From Parcubacteria group bacterium (lineage in GTDB: Bacteria; Patescibacteriota; Minisyncoccia; Moranbacterales; UBA9337): 64,000 bases of DNA. Shown here in pieces: positions 36,450-46,089 of this stretch (position 1 is the stretch's first letter; each line of letters starts with the position of its first letter). The translations under genes were made by a program, and so were the position numbers. The stretch lies in contig JBAZSW010000001.1 of NCBI GenBank assembly GCA_041662245.1, forward strand, positions 119,757-183,756, given 5' to 3'. The notes below the pieces were generated by a model. That model made no database searches and was not told the DNA's origin. It saw only the letters and a program-made list of their open reading frames with translations.

Positions 36450-37217
36450 TTGAGTTATTTTGAAAATATGATTACTTTTTTTTCTTTAAAATTACTCTTA
36501 ACTAAGGGGAATGCTATGAACAAGAATAAAGTAGAAAAAGCTTTTGGAAGAAAAAAAGCATTTTTTCCTGTTATCCATGTTGCAAATGAAGGACAAGCTC
36601 TGCGAAATGTCGCGGTGGCCGTCAAAGCGAAGGCAGATGGAATATTCCTTATCAATCACACCATTAGAGCAATAAAATTGATTGAAATTTTTTTGATTAT
36701 AAAAAAGGAGTTTCCAACTTTATGGATAGGTATCAACTTTCTTGATCTTTATAATTATCAGGCAGCAGAACAGGTCGTCAAAATTGGAGCAGACGGTCTG
36801 TGGACGGATAATGCGGGAGTGTCCGAGGTAGCGATTGAAAGACCTATAATTCGAGATGAATTATTGGGTAAATGGAGTGGGCTTTATTTTGGAGGAGTAG
36901 CTTTTAAATATCAAGAAGAGATTCGAGATGTCGCTACTGTGGCTAAACTATCCTTAGATGTAGTTGACGTTGTTACCACCAGTGGTACACAAACTGGTTT
37001 GGCTCCTCAGATAGATAAAATTTCAACTATAAGAGAGGCTATCGGGGATAATTTTCCTATGGCTATTGCTAGTGGCATAGCAATTGAAAATGTTGAAAGC
37101 TTTCTTCCGTTTTGTGATTGCTTTCTTGTTGCTACGGGAATAAGTTTCAGTCATACCGAGCTTGATGCGGAGAAAACTTGGTTGCTTTCCAATTTAATTC
37201 ATAATTGGAAATTGTAA
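36450..37217 (+). CDS. BtpA/SgcQ-family TIM-barrel protein (PF03437-like)
   Basis: Colinear pattern match to BtpA. FFPVIHVAN matches VIGMVHLLP. ADGIFLINH matches VNGLIVENF. WIGINFL matches PIGINVL. VVTTSGTQTG matches LVVTGFETG. MAIASGIAIENV...CDCFLVATGISF matches ILIGSGVSPDNL...CDGIIAGSYF. The true start is probably the Met of MNKNKVEKAF. Confidence 0.55.
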   Translation: MSYFENMITFFSLKLLLTKGNAMNKNKVEKAFGRKKAFFPVIHVANEGQALRNVAVAVKAKADGIFLINHTIRAIKLIEIFLIIKKEFPTLWIGINFLDLYNYQAAEQVVKIGADGLWTDNAGVSEVAIERPIIRDELLGKWSGLYFGGVAFKYQEEIRDVATVAKLSLDVVDVVTTSGTQTGLAPQIDKISTIREAIGDNFPMAIASGIAIENVESFLPFCDCFLVATGISFSHTELDAEKTWLLSNLIHNWKL

Positions 37218-37251
37218 ACGAGGTCGTCTAATAAGAATGGAGGAGATATAA

Positions 37252-37818
37252 ATGAAAATAGTTTATTTAATATCCGGTCCTCGTGGGTCAGGTAAATCTA
37301 CTTTTGCAGAAATGATTAAAAAAAATAACCCAGAGGTAGCAGTAATCAATGAGGACGAAATTAAATTGGCACATTTCGGATCTATATATTTGGATTCGGA
37401 TGCAGGAGATCATATATTTGCCAGGTATCTTCTCGAGCAGGAAATTAAAAAAACAGTGGAATCCGCTGGCAATTCTGCTAAGATTATTCTTGATGTTTGG
37501 AATGGTTTTTCTGGTAGTCGATCAAAAATCATTCGTTTTCTTAGGCGTCTTGAAGTGGAATGTATAATTTGTTGGTATTTCATAGTACCACTCAACATTT
37601 GTTTACAGTGGTTTAGAACGAAAAAAGATTGTGATAAATATAGTGACGCTATGGTAATAGGGGATTATAATCTTTTTCATAAAGAAGCTGATGATATACG
37701 GTCTTGGAAAGATGAATTAATAGAAGATTGGAGCTATTATTCATTGGAGGGAAGATTTGATGGGGTATATTTTATTAATCCAGCACAACAAACGTTATCG
37801 GGATTTGCCTTAATTTAG
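37252..37818 (+). CDS. P-loop NTPase/kinase-like protein (AAA_33-like)
   Basis: Walker A ISGPRGSGKST at the N-terminus. Small, 188 aa. Confidence 0.5.
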   Translation: MKIVYLISGPRGSGKSTFAEMIKKNNPEVAVINEDEIKLAHFGSIYLDSDAGDHIFARYLLEQEIKKTVESAGNSAKIILDVWNGFSGSRSKIIRFLRRLEVECIICWYFIVPLNICLQWFRTKKDCDKYSDAMVIGDYNLFHKEADDIRSWKDELIEDWSYYSLEGRFDGVYFINPAQQTLSGFALI

Positions 37819-37852
37819 GCGAATATAAGATTAATAATCATAGGAGCTAGAT

Positions 37853-38065
37853 ATGACAAAAAAGCTAACAAGGGCGGAAGTTTTTGGAATAAACTGTGCT
37901 GATGTCATTATGGAAGCGGCACATATGCGATATAATGCCCCTAGTGGAAAATCGATAGTGGCATCTTGTATAAAAAGACTGCAGGAAAGAATTGATGAGC
38001 TTCAATCTGTCTCGGCTAAACCAGCATATAAAAAAGCCAGATATGGCAAAAAAGACGAAGAATAA
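37853..38065 (+). CDS. Small hypothetical protein (70 aa)
   Basis: ORF with the RBS GGAG upstream. Confidence 0.3.
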   Translation: MTKKLTRAEVFGINCADVIMEAAHMRYNAPSGKSIVASCIKRLQERIDELQSVSAKPAYKKARYGKKDEE

Positions 38066-38203
38066 TAGTGCAGAAAAAATGAGCCACTGGCGAATGCCCG
38101 TGGCTCTATCTTGTTAACAAACATCTTTAATAATATTTATTTTTTTGACAAATATTTATATTTGAGATATACTTGATATGTTAAGTATTAATCAAATAAT
38201 TTT

Positions 38204-38635
38204 ATGAAACAAATAATCAATCCTTCCGTTAAATTTTTCATAGATTTAGCCAAAGTTCAAGCTATCTCTAGTCGACGTTTCGACAATAGTTTAGGCGGAC
38301 TGGGGTTTAATGAATTTATAATCCTCTATCATTTAAGCCAAGCGGAAAATGAAAAAATGCGCAGAATTGATCTAGCGGATAAAATTGGATTAACTGCTTC
38401 AGGAGTTACTCGGATACTTCTTCCAATGGAAAAAGTCGGCCTGATAAAAAAAGAAGTAAATAAAGATGATGCTAGAAGTAGCTTGGTAATAATTGCTTCT
38501 GGAGGAAAGCGGAGATTGCTTGAAGGCTTAGAAAGATCTGAACTTTTAGTAGAAGAAATTATTTCAAGTAAAAATAAATCTAAAATAAAACAATCTTTAA
38601 AATTTTTAACAGAACTTAGTAAGGATATTAGATGA
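38204..38635 (+). CDS. MarR-family winged-helix transcriptional regulator
   Basis: LGFNEFIILYHLSQAENEKMRRIDLADKIGLTASGVTRILLPMEKVGLIKKEVNKDDARS is a typical MarR wHTH with a wing. Confidence 0.65.
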   Translation: MKQIINPSVKFFIDLAKVQAISSRRFDNSLGGLGFNEFIILYHLSQAENEKMRRIDLADKIGLTASGVTRILLPMEKVGLIKKEVNKDDARSSLVIIASGGKRRLLEGLERSELLVEEIISSKNKSKIKQSLKFLTELSKDIR

Positions 38636-38773
38636 TTTTCTGATTGACGAATATGCCGAATGTAGCTTAAAGCAATGTATCTAAAGTGTTGTTTTCTGAT
38701 GTTTTAAATATCTTAAAAATTTGTTGCAATATAAAAGACACTATCTGTTATAATAGTGTCTTTTAAATTTAAT

Positions 38774-39655
38774 TTATTTTTTTAGACCAGAAGGATAAAT
38801 GTGAGAAGCTAAAAAAGTATAAGCCCCTGTTACTTCATTGGATTCGGAAGTAATTCCCGGAAATCTATTTACTTCTAATAAATATGGTTTGCCAGTAATT
38901 TTATCAATAATAATATCGGCTCGAGACCAAGAAAGTCCAAGAATTTCACTGGCCTTGATGGCCATAGCTTTGATTTCTTGAGGAATATCTTTTACAGCTA
39001 TAAAATGTTCTGCAGCACCATTACAGGTATTGTTGCGAAATTCTCCTTTGCAGGGATAACTTTTTTCTCCTGCTACAACTACACCATTGGCTACCATTAT
39101 TCCCCAATCGTATTCATTGGCGATAAAGCGTTGAAATAGAAAATTCTTGCCTTTGGGAAGTTCTTTAGTTTTTTCCAAAAGCTCTTCTTTACTAGTAGCA
39201 TAAGCAGAATGTTTTCCTTGACAACCGCGAATATCTTTAATAATAAGAGGAAAATTACAGATTTTTTCAAGAAGATGAATATTTTTTTCGATGTTATTGC
39301 GATTAATGAAAACTGTATCGGGCATTGGCAAATTATTAAGAGCAAAAACCATACAATCAGTTACCTTGGAAGAATTTTTTTCAGCATAGGAATGCGGGGT
39401 CTGAGTAGCTTGAAGATAAAGGCTAATCGCATAAGCGATATCACGTTGATTCCAGCCAGAAGCCAACCAAACAAAAGAAAAATCTTTAATATTTGAGTCG
39501 CGGTGGATAATTTTAACAGTTGAGTTAAAAAAAATAATTTCAATATCTTTGTATTTACCTTTGGTAAGTTTAATGGGAAAAGGAAATTTTTTTATAATTT
39601 GACTGGTATTTTTAACAGTCGGTAGACTAAGTAGGGTAAAAGGTTTTTTTTGCAT
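38774..39655 (-). CDS. ATP-grasp family ligase (RimK/alpha-L-glutamate ligase-like)
   Basis: FPLIIKDIRGCQGKHSAYATSKEELLEKT and LFQRFIANEYDWGIMVANGVVV with a C-terminal LLEVNRFPGI. This is a typical ATP-grasp arrangement. Confidence 0.5.
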   Translation of the reverse strand: MQKKPFTLLSLPTVKNTSQIIKKFPFPIKLTKGKYKDIEIIFFNSTVKIIHRDSNIKDFSFVWLASGWNQRDIAYAISLYLQATQTPHSYAEKNSSKVTDCMVFALNNLPMPDTVFINRNNIEKNIHLLEKICNFPLIIKDIRGCQGKHSAYATSKEELLEKTKELPKGKNFLFQRFIANEYDWGIMVANGVVVAGEKSYPCKGEFRNNTCNGAAEHFIAVKDIPQEIKAMAIKASEILGLSWSRADIIIDKITGKPYLLEVNRFPGITSESNEVTGAYTFLASHIYPSGLKK

Positions 39656-39917
39656 AAAACAAGAAATTAAAAAATAAAAGATTTCTCGTTTATAAACCTT
39701 TAAAAATGCTAAGAAAGCAAGAAAGGAAGGCCTTATGGCCTAAATTGAGCTAATCAACTGATTATATCACAGAAGAGCCATTTTGTAAAGAGCTTGATTT
39801 TTAAAAGTTCTAAAAAAGAATTTTAGGTTTGGAAAAGTTTGTATTTTTTCTCTTGCTAAAGAATTATCAAAGTTGTAATATGAATGGGTAATTTACTAGT
39901 TTAACCTAATCAGAGTT

Positions 39918-41207
39918 ATGACTACAAAAAAATCAAAAAAGGAGACAGTGTGTGTAATTGGCTTGGGATATGTAGGTCTTCCTCTAGCAGTGCGATCTAA
40001 AGAGCGGGGTTATGAAGTTATAGGAATTGAACTGGATCAAAAAAAAGTTGATTTAATAAACAAAAAGATTTCTCCAATTGAGGATGATTTTTTAACTAAA
40101 AATTTGCCCATCTTTCCCTTTAAAGCAACAAGCAATGCTAAAGAAATAAAAAAAGCGGATATTGTGTTAATTTGTGTGCCAACTCCTGTAGATCAGTTCC
40201 ATAATCCAGATTTATCTCCTGTTATTGGTGCTTGTGAAATGGTGGCTACTAATTTAAAAAAGGGAGCCTTGGTAGTTTTGGAATCAACGGTTAATCCGGG
40301 GGTATCAGAAGAAGTAGTTCGACCAATTTTCGAATCGCACAAACACAAAATTGGGCAAGATGTTTTTATTGCGCATTGTCCTGAGAGAATCAATCCGGGG
40401 GATCCTAAATGGAATGTAACCAATATTCCGCGCGTAGTGGGAGCTTTTACTCCCAAGGGACTTGCTAAGGCAAAAACGTTTTATGAATCAATTGTAGATG
40501 GAATTATCAAACCAATGAAACATATTCGTGAAGCTGAAGCTTGCAAAATAGTAGAAAATTCCTTTCGGGATATTAATATCGCTTTTGTAAATGAATTAGC
40601 TAAATCATTTGATGTGCTTGGGATTGATGTTAAGGATGTTATTGATGGCGCTAGCACTAAACCTTTTGCTTTTATGGCTCATTATCCTGCTTGCGGAATT
40701 GGTGGACATTGTATTCCAGTGGACCCTTACTATTTAATTGAACGTGCCAAAAAGGCTGGATTTGATCACAAATTTTTAAAAACTTCTCGAGCTATTAACA
40801 ACTCTATGCCAGATTATACAGTGGAATTATTGCAGGATAAATTAAATGAGATAAAACTACCCCTTAATGGAACTAATGTAGGAATATTGGGAATTTCTTA
40901 CAAAGCTAATGTAGATGATGATAGAGAATCTCCTTTTTATGGAGTAGTTAAGGCTTTAAAAAAACATAAAGCTAATATTCATACGTTTGATCCCCATATT
41001 AAAGATAAATCTACTTGTAAAAGCCTAGGGGCTCTGCTTAAAAAATCTCAAGCGATAATTTTAGTAACTAGCCATCGAGAGTTTGAAATTCTAACCGGAG
41101 ATTTACTGAAGAAAAATGGAATAAAAGTTATTATTGACGGGAAAAATTTTCTAAATAAAGATGAAATTAAAAAAGCAGGAGTGATTTATAAAGGAATAGG
41201 AAGATAG
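39918..41207 (+). CDS. Nucleotide-sugar dehydrogenase (UDP-glucose/UDP-ManNAc/GDP-mannose dehydrogenase family)
   Basis: N-terminal Rossmann VCVIGLGYVGLPLAV. Catalytic Cys region GIGGHCIPVDPYYL. Confidence 0.85.
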   Translation: MTTKKSKKETVCVIGLGYVGLPLAVRSKERGYEVIGIELDQKKVDLINKKISPIEDDFLTKNLPIFPFKATSNAKEIKKADIVLICVPTPVDQFHNPDLSPVIGACEMVATNLKKGALVVLESTVNPGVSEEVVRPIFESHKHKIGQDVFIAHCPERINPGDPKWNVTNIPRVVGAFTPKGLAKAKTFYESIVDGIIKPMKHIREAEACKIVENSFRDINIAFVNELAKSFDVLGIDVKDVIDGASTKPFAFMAHYPACGIGGHCIPVDPYYLIERAKKAGFDHKFLKTSRAINNSMPDYTVELLQDKLNEIKLPLNGTNVGILGISYKANVDDDRESPFYGVVKALKKHKANIHTFDPHIKDKSTCKSLGALLKKSQAIILVTSHREFEILTGDLLKKNGIKVIIDGKNFLNKDEIKKAGVIYKGIGR

Positions 41208-41249
41208 TTTTAAAATAAATACTTAATTTTAAACATTAAGTCAAAAATA

Positions 41250-41288
41250 AAAACATCCCGACAACAGGTTGGGATGTTTTTATTTAGA
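41250..41288. terminator. Bidirectional rho-independent terminator between convergent genes
   Basis: ACATCCCGAC AACAG GTTGGGATGT stem-loop flanked by A-runs and T-runs. Confidence 0.65.
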
Positions 41289-41290
41289 TA

Positions 41291-41662
41291 TTATTCTGCA
41301 GAAGGGGTTTCGTTGTTAGTAGTAGGATAAGTTAAATCTTGGGGAACAGTGGGCATATTTTCTTGAAGTTCTTGGGCTTTCTTGCTCCATTCTTCGGCAT
41401 CCTTGCTACTTTGCTCTAATTGGTTTTGGAAGTTTTCAATGTTGGGTTTTTGTTTCTTTATTTCTTGTTTAGCCTTATGATATCCCCAATATCCCAAAAA
41501 TCCCATTATAAGCATGGATAAAACGATAATAATTAAGCATCCGCTGATAATCCAAACCCAAGGAGAGGTTTTTTTCTTTACTTCAATTTGAGGTGTTGCA
41601 GAAGCGGTAGGCGTTGTTGGCGGTGTAGGATTTTGTGGGGTTGCTTTTGGTTCATTGTCCAT
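41291..41662 (-). CDS. Small membrane-anchored coiled-coil protein with Pro/Thr-rich N-terminus
   Basis: TM helix WVWIISGCLIIIVLSMLIMGFLGYWGY. Charged coiled-coil tail. Confidence 0.45.
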   Translation of the reverse strand: MDNEPKATPQNPTPPTTPTASATPQIEVKKKTSPWVWIISGCLIIIVLSMLIMGFLGYWGYHKAKQEIKKQKPNIENFQNQLEQSSKDAEEWSKKAQELQENMPTVPQDLTYPTTNNETPSAE

Positions 41663-41797
41663 ATTTTTTTTATTTAATAATTATATTTAATAGGGGATTG
41701 TTTAATTATAACAAAAAATAAAAAAAATAGAAGGTGATGCTTATTTTTCTTTTGGGGATATGTTACAATTAATATGTAAAAATGCATAATAACAAAA

Positions 41798-43600
41798 ATG
41801 AATCAAAAAAAATTAATTTTGATAGTTAGCTTTTTTTTAGCGTTGGCAGTTATTTTTGGAATAACTATTTTTAAGAAAGAAAGATTAAATAATTACCAAG
41901 GAAAAGATGATGCTAAAAGTAGCGCTATTAATAAAAAAATAGATAATAAAAACAACAAAGAAGTAGCTTTAGCCAAATGCAAAGATGGTTGGGAAAGCTA
42001 CAATAATGATGTTTTGGGAATAGGTTTTTGTTACCTCGATTCATGGGGCAAACCGACTATTGAACCCTTAGAAAATTTAACGTTATTAGATGGAGCATTG
42101 ATTGAATATTCTGGCGATGAACACAATGCTTATAATAATTCTTTATTTATTAAATTTAAGGAAAACGAAAAAGAACCCGATGAGAAGGGGAATAATTTGG
42201 AATTGCGCATCTTTAACGAAAATTACAAAGGAGAATACTACCCTAATTCAGAAGCTTATGAAAAAGGTTATATTGATAATGTTGCTGATTTAAAGGCAAA
42301 TAAAAATATTTGTGATTATCAAGTTGAGTTTACTCAACTATGGAAGCAACAGGGCAGAATGACTGAATTTTGGAGTCAATGTAATAAAGGAATAAAAGAC
42401 AGAATTATTATTAATGAAGAATATTTTGATAAAAATATTTATTCCTATAACTTAGAATCTTTGGCCTATCTGAAACTTCAAAATAATTTTTTTGATAATG
42501 TTTTGATCAAAAAAAACTATTTAGCTGTTTCGCAAGTAGAAAAAAATATAAGCAATTTTTCTCAAATATTTGAAACAAAGAATTATCCTAGTACAGTAGA
42601 TAATTCAAAAATAATTTCTCAGGAAAAATATGCCCAACAGAGAGATGATTTTGGTAATTTTGTAAGTAGTATTTATAGCTATAAGCCGATTATTCCTGAG
42701 AAAAAAGATTTTCAAATAACTAATGGTGAAGATAACAAAATAACCCTTATTCGAAAATATTATTGGCTTATCGAAAATCAAAATTTGGAGGAAGCGTATA
42801 AAATGAATAATCGAATTAATATTTCTTTGGATGATTTTAAAGCTTTATATCAAAAAACTAGGTTTGTTCAGGCGAGAGATTTCCAAAAAGTCAATGATAA
42901 CACTTATAAATTTTTTTTAGATTATCAAGATCATAATAATTCTAAGAAAATTTATCGTTTAACTTTAAGAATAATAAATGAAGATAAGCTAGAAATTATC
43001 ACTACTGAAGAAATAGTTTCTGAGATGGTAAAAAGTGGTGATTTTACAGCTTACTCCAAAAAGCAAAATGGAAAAAGTTTTTTAATCTTGGGAAGATATG
43101 GCATAGAGACCGTAATTGATCAGGGAGAAGCTGACTATAGAGAAGATTATTCAAATTTGGAAAACGTTAAATTTTTTAGGGATATTAAATTTTCTGATAA
43201 TGGAAATTATCTAATCTATACAATGTCTGGTTGGGAGTGGTCGATTATCTATATTTATGATATCAACAATGATAAGGAAGCGCTAAGTTTTGATAGTGGA
43301 ACTTATGGATTTTCGGCTGACGAAAAAAGTTTTTTTGTTTGCACTAATGCTGGGATGGTTACTAATCCGGGAGGAATTATCTATAACACTCCTGATTTTA
43401 AAAAACAATTTGAATTATTTGGTTCAGACAAAAATTTAGCCACAGAAGTTCGTTGTAATTATGATAAGGATAAAAACGAGTTAACTTTTATTTATGATAA
43501 GGATTGTTCTGATTTTGATGACAAAAATTGCAAGAAAAACGAAGTTGTCTACTCTTTTAATGAAAATAAAATGATTAGCAGCAAAATTTCTAGTAATTGA
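41798..43600 (+). CDS. Hypothetical secreted/membrane-anchored protein (600 aa)
   Basis: N-terminal TM/signal LILIVSFFLALAVIFGITIF. No motif recognised. Confidence 0.45.
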   Translation: MNQKKLILIVSFFLALAVIFGITIFKKERLNNYQGKDDAKSSAINKKIDNKNNKEVALAKCKDGWESYNNDVLGIGFCYLDSWGKPTIEPLENLTLLDGALIEYSGDEHNAYNNSLFIKFKENEKEPDEKGNNLELRIFNENYKGEYYPNSEAYEKGYIDNVADLKANKNICDYQVEFTQLWKQQGRMTEFWSQCNKGIKDRIIINEEYFDKNIYSYNLESLAYLKLQNNFFDNVLIKKNYLAVSQVEKNISNFSQIFETKNYPSTVDNSKIISQEKYAQQRDDFGNFVSSIYSYKPIIPEKKDFQITNGEDNKITLIRKYYWLIENQNLEEAYKMNNRINISLDDFKALYQKTRFVQARDFQKVNDNTYKFFLDYQDHNNSKKIYRLTLRIINEDKLEIITTEEIVSEMVKSGDFTAYSKKQNGKSFLILGRYGIETVIDQGEADYREDYSNLENVKFFRDIKFSDNGNYLIYTMSGWEWSIIYIYDINNDKEALSFDSGTYGFSADEKSFFVCTNAGMVTNPGGIIYNTPDFKKQFELFGSDKNLATEVRCNYDKDKNELTFIYDKDCSDFDDKNCKKNEVVYSFNENKMISSKISSN

Positions 43601-43665
43601 TTTTTAATAAAATTGTGAAGTTGTTGTGCTAAACAGCTATTGCAATAAACTAAATAATTAATTTT

Positions 43666-44253
43666 ATGCTCAAGGGATTAACTTACAGTTTAAAAATAAA
43701 AAATGCCATTAGATTTTCCGTTAAAACTCATGAGGTTTATCAGAAGCAGAAAAGGAAAGGTAAAGACATTGCTTATGTTACCCATCCTCTTACGGCAGGG
43801 ATAATTTTAGCTATGGCAGGAGCTAAAGAGGATGTTATTATCGCTGGAATATTGCATGATACTATTGAAGATAGTATTACCGAAAAAAAAGTGGATAAAA
43901 GAATGATAGCCACTAGATTTGGTAAGAGAGTAGCTAAGATTGTGGCTAGTGTAAGTGAAAACAATAAGCTATTGAGTTGGGAACAGAGGAAGGCAGAGGC
44001 TCGAGAAAATATAAAGAAATTTAATCATGACTCAATTTTAGTGAAGTCGGCAGATGTATTGAGTAATGTTACTGAATTGATTGATGATTATATTGTTTGT
44101 GGGAAAGAATCTTTTAGCCGTTTTGGCGGGTCGAAAGAAAAAGTAATTGCCAACTACTTGGAAGTGATAGATATATTATTAAAAGGATGGCCAAATAGTC
44201 CTTTAGCTAAAGACTTAAAAAATTTATCAATAGAATTTAAAAAAATAAAATAG
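43666..44253 (+). CDS. HD-domain phosphohydrolase, RelA/SpoT-type (small alarmone hydrolase-like)
   Basis: HPLTAGIILA ... ILHDTIEDS (H...HD..ED) metal-binding signature of SpoT-type HD domains. Short, 195-aa standalone. Confidence 0.55.
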   Translation: MLKGLTYSLKIKNAIRFSVKTHEVYQKQKRKGKDIAYVTHPLTAGIILAMAGAKEDVIIAGILHDTIEDSITEKKVDKRMIATRFGKRVAKIVASVSENNKLLSWEQRKAEARENIKKFNHDSILVKSADVLSNVTELIDDYIVCGKESFSRFGGSKEKVIANYLEVIDILLKGWPNSPLAKDLKNLSIEFKKIK

Positions 44254-44352
44254 AACGATTTCAAATTGTTAAATTATCAACCATCACAATTAATCCTTTT
44301 TAAAATAGGGATATTTGTGCTATAATATGGGCATAATTAAAAAATAAATCTT

Positions 44353-46077
44353 ATGATAAAAACAACAAAAAAAGTTATTAAAAAAATTCCCGGAGAATTG
44401 CATCATCATGCTATGCTGGCAATTTTTTTTGGATTATTGGCGGTAAGTTTTTCTCTTTTGGCAATGAAAAATTTGGCTAATGCCCAAGATTCGACAATAA
44501 CTGACAGAGTGGCGTGTTCTTATATTACAGGAGATTGGAGTGATTGTGATTCAACTGGAACCCAGACCAGAACAATTACTAGAACTCCTGATAATTGTTA
44601 TGATACTAATACTATTCCATCAAAAACGCAAAGCTGTACATATGCTGTTCCTTGCTCTTTTTCTTATAATGCTTGGGGAACATGTGATTCGACAGGCTAC
44701 CAAACCAGAAGTGTTTCGTCCAGAACTCCTGAAGGTTGCTATGATTCAGTTAACCCTATTTTAAAACAGCCATGCACCTATTCTGTGACTGTTGCTAGTG
44801 CAGTAAAAATTTCTTGTTCCTATAACTTAAGTAGTTGGGGTGAGTGTAAATCTTCTGGCAAGCAAAGTAGGACAATAATTTCTAAAACTCCCGTAGGATG
44901 TTTTGAAACCGATTTACCAAAATTGGAGCGTTTATGTGATTATGGCTCAGCTAGTAGAACAGTGGGTACTCAAGAAAACAATAATGTTACTCCTTATTTC
45001 AATTTCTTAAATTTAAGCGGAGGAGAAGTTGTTAGCGGTGAAATAAAAATTCAGGGAACTGTGGATGTTGCTAATAGTATTGAATTTTATTTGTTACCAG
45101 CGGAATCCAATAATCCGAAATATCTTGGTTTAGCCAAATATATTGGACAAAAAACTTGGGAATATACTCTAGATTCAAAGAGTCAGCCTAATGGATCTTT
45201 TCATATTTATACTAAAATTAAAAATGCTTATGGTGTTTACGATGGGGAAAAGAGGATGTTGATTATTTTAAATGCTAATGAAGAAATGCAAAATGCAGGA
45301 AACAAATCAGAAGAAACAGGCAATGGAGCTAATAATAGAATAAGCAATGAGTGGCAAAATAAATATTTTAAATCGGATAATTGCTTAGATCAAAGTATTT
45401 GTGGAGGAGAAGTTGATCCTGATAGGGACGGGGTGAGTAATAATGAAGAATATCGTTTAGGTTTAAATCCGACTAATCCAGATACTGATCAAGATGGATT
45501 TTTAGATGGCGACGAAATAAAAAATGGTTTTGATCCACTTAAATCTTCTCCTGGAGATAAAAGTGATAAAATGGTTTTTGAGAGTCCTAAAGAAAAAGGA
45601 GAAATTAAAAAAGATGAATATAAAGTTGAAACCGTAGAGCTTGCTAATTTTCAAGAAGGTAAGAAACTTAAATTAACAGGAAGGGCTTTGCCTAACACTT
45701 ATGTAACTATTTATATTTACAGTGATCCAATCGTTTTAACAGTCAAAACTGATGCAGATGGTAACTGGTCTTATGTTCTAGATAAAGATTTAGAGGATGG
45801 TAATCATCAGGTATATGTAGCAGTAACAGATAATACCGGAAAGATAACTGCTAAAAGTGAACCATTGGCTTTCGTAAAAACCGCTGAGGCCGCTAGCATT
45901 GTTTCGCCAGCAGAAGCTTCCGCAGGAGATCGGGCGGTTTCACCAACTAAATCTTGGTCAAATAATGGCTTGTATTTCTTTATTACTTTAGGCTTAGGGG
46001 CGTTAGCTTTAGCGGTGGCTGTTTTAGGACTAATTAAACATAACTTAAATAAAAAAGAGGAAAATAGACTAGTTTAA
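44353..46077 (+). CDS. Membrane-anchored surface protein with three thrombospondin type-1-like repeats, TSP type-3-like calcium-binding repeats and Ig-like domain; C-terminal TM anchor
   Basis: Three repeats of C.Y...W..C.S.G.Q.R........C[YF][DE] (for example ACSYITGDWSDCDSTGTQTRTITRTPDNCYD). Ca-binding DPDRDGVSNNEEYRLGLNPTNPDTDQDGFLDGDE. C-terminal TM LYFFITLGLGALALAVAVLGLI. Confidence 0.55.
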   Translation: MIKTTKKVIKKIPGELHHHAMLAIFFGLLAVSFSLLAMKNLANAQDSTITDRVACSYITGDWSDCDSTGTQTRTITRTPDNCYDTNTIPSKTQSCTYAVPCSFSYNAWGTCDSTGYQTRSVSSRTPEGCYDSVNPILKQPCTYSVTVASAVKISCSYNLSSWGECKSSGKQSRTIISKTPVGCFETDLPKLERLCDYGSASRTVGTQENNNVTPYFNFLNLSGGEVVSGEIKIQGTVDVANSIEFYLLPAESNNPKYLGLAKYIGQKTWEYTLDSKSQPNGSFHIYTKIKNAYGVYDGEKRMLIILNANEEMQNAGNKSEETGNGANNRISNEWQNKYFKSDNCLDQSICGGEVDPDRDGVSNNEEYRLGLNPTNPDTDQDGFLDGDEIKNGFDPLKSSPGDKSDKMVFESPKEKGEIKKDEYKVETVELANFQEGKKLKLTGRALPNTYVTIYIYSDPIVLTVKTDADGNWSYVLDKDLEDGNHQVYVAVTDNTGKITAKSEPLAFVKTAEAASIVSPAEASAGDRAVSPTKSWSNNGLYFFITLGLGALALAVAVLGLIKHNLNKKEENRLV

Positions 46078-46089
46078 GTTTTTAAATTT

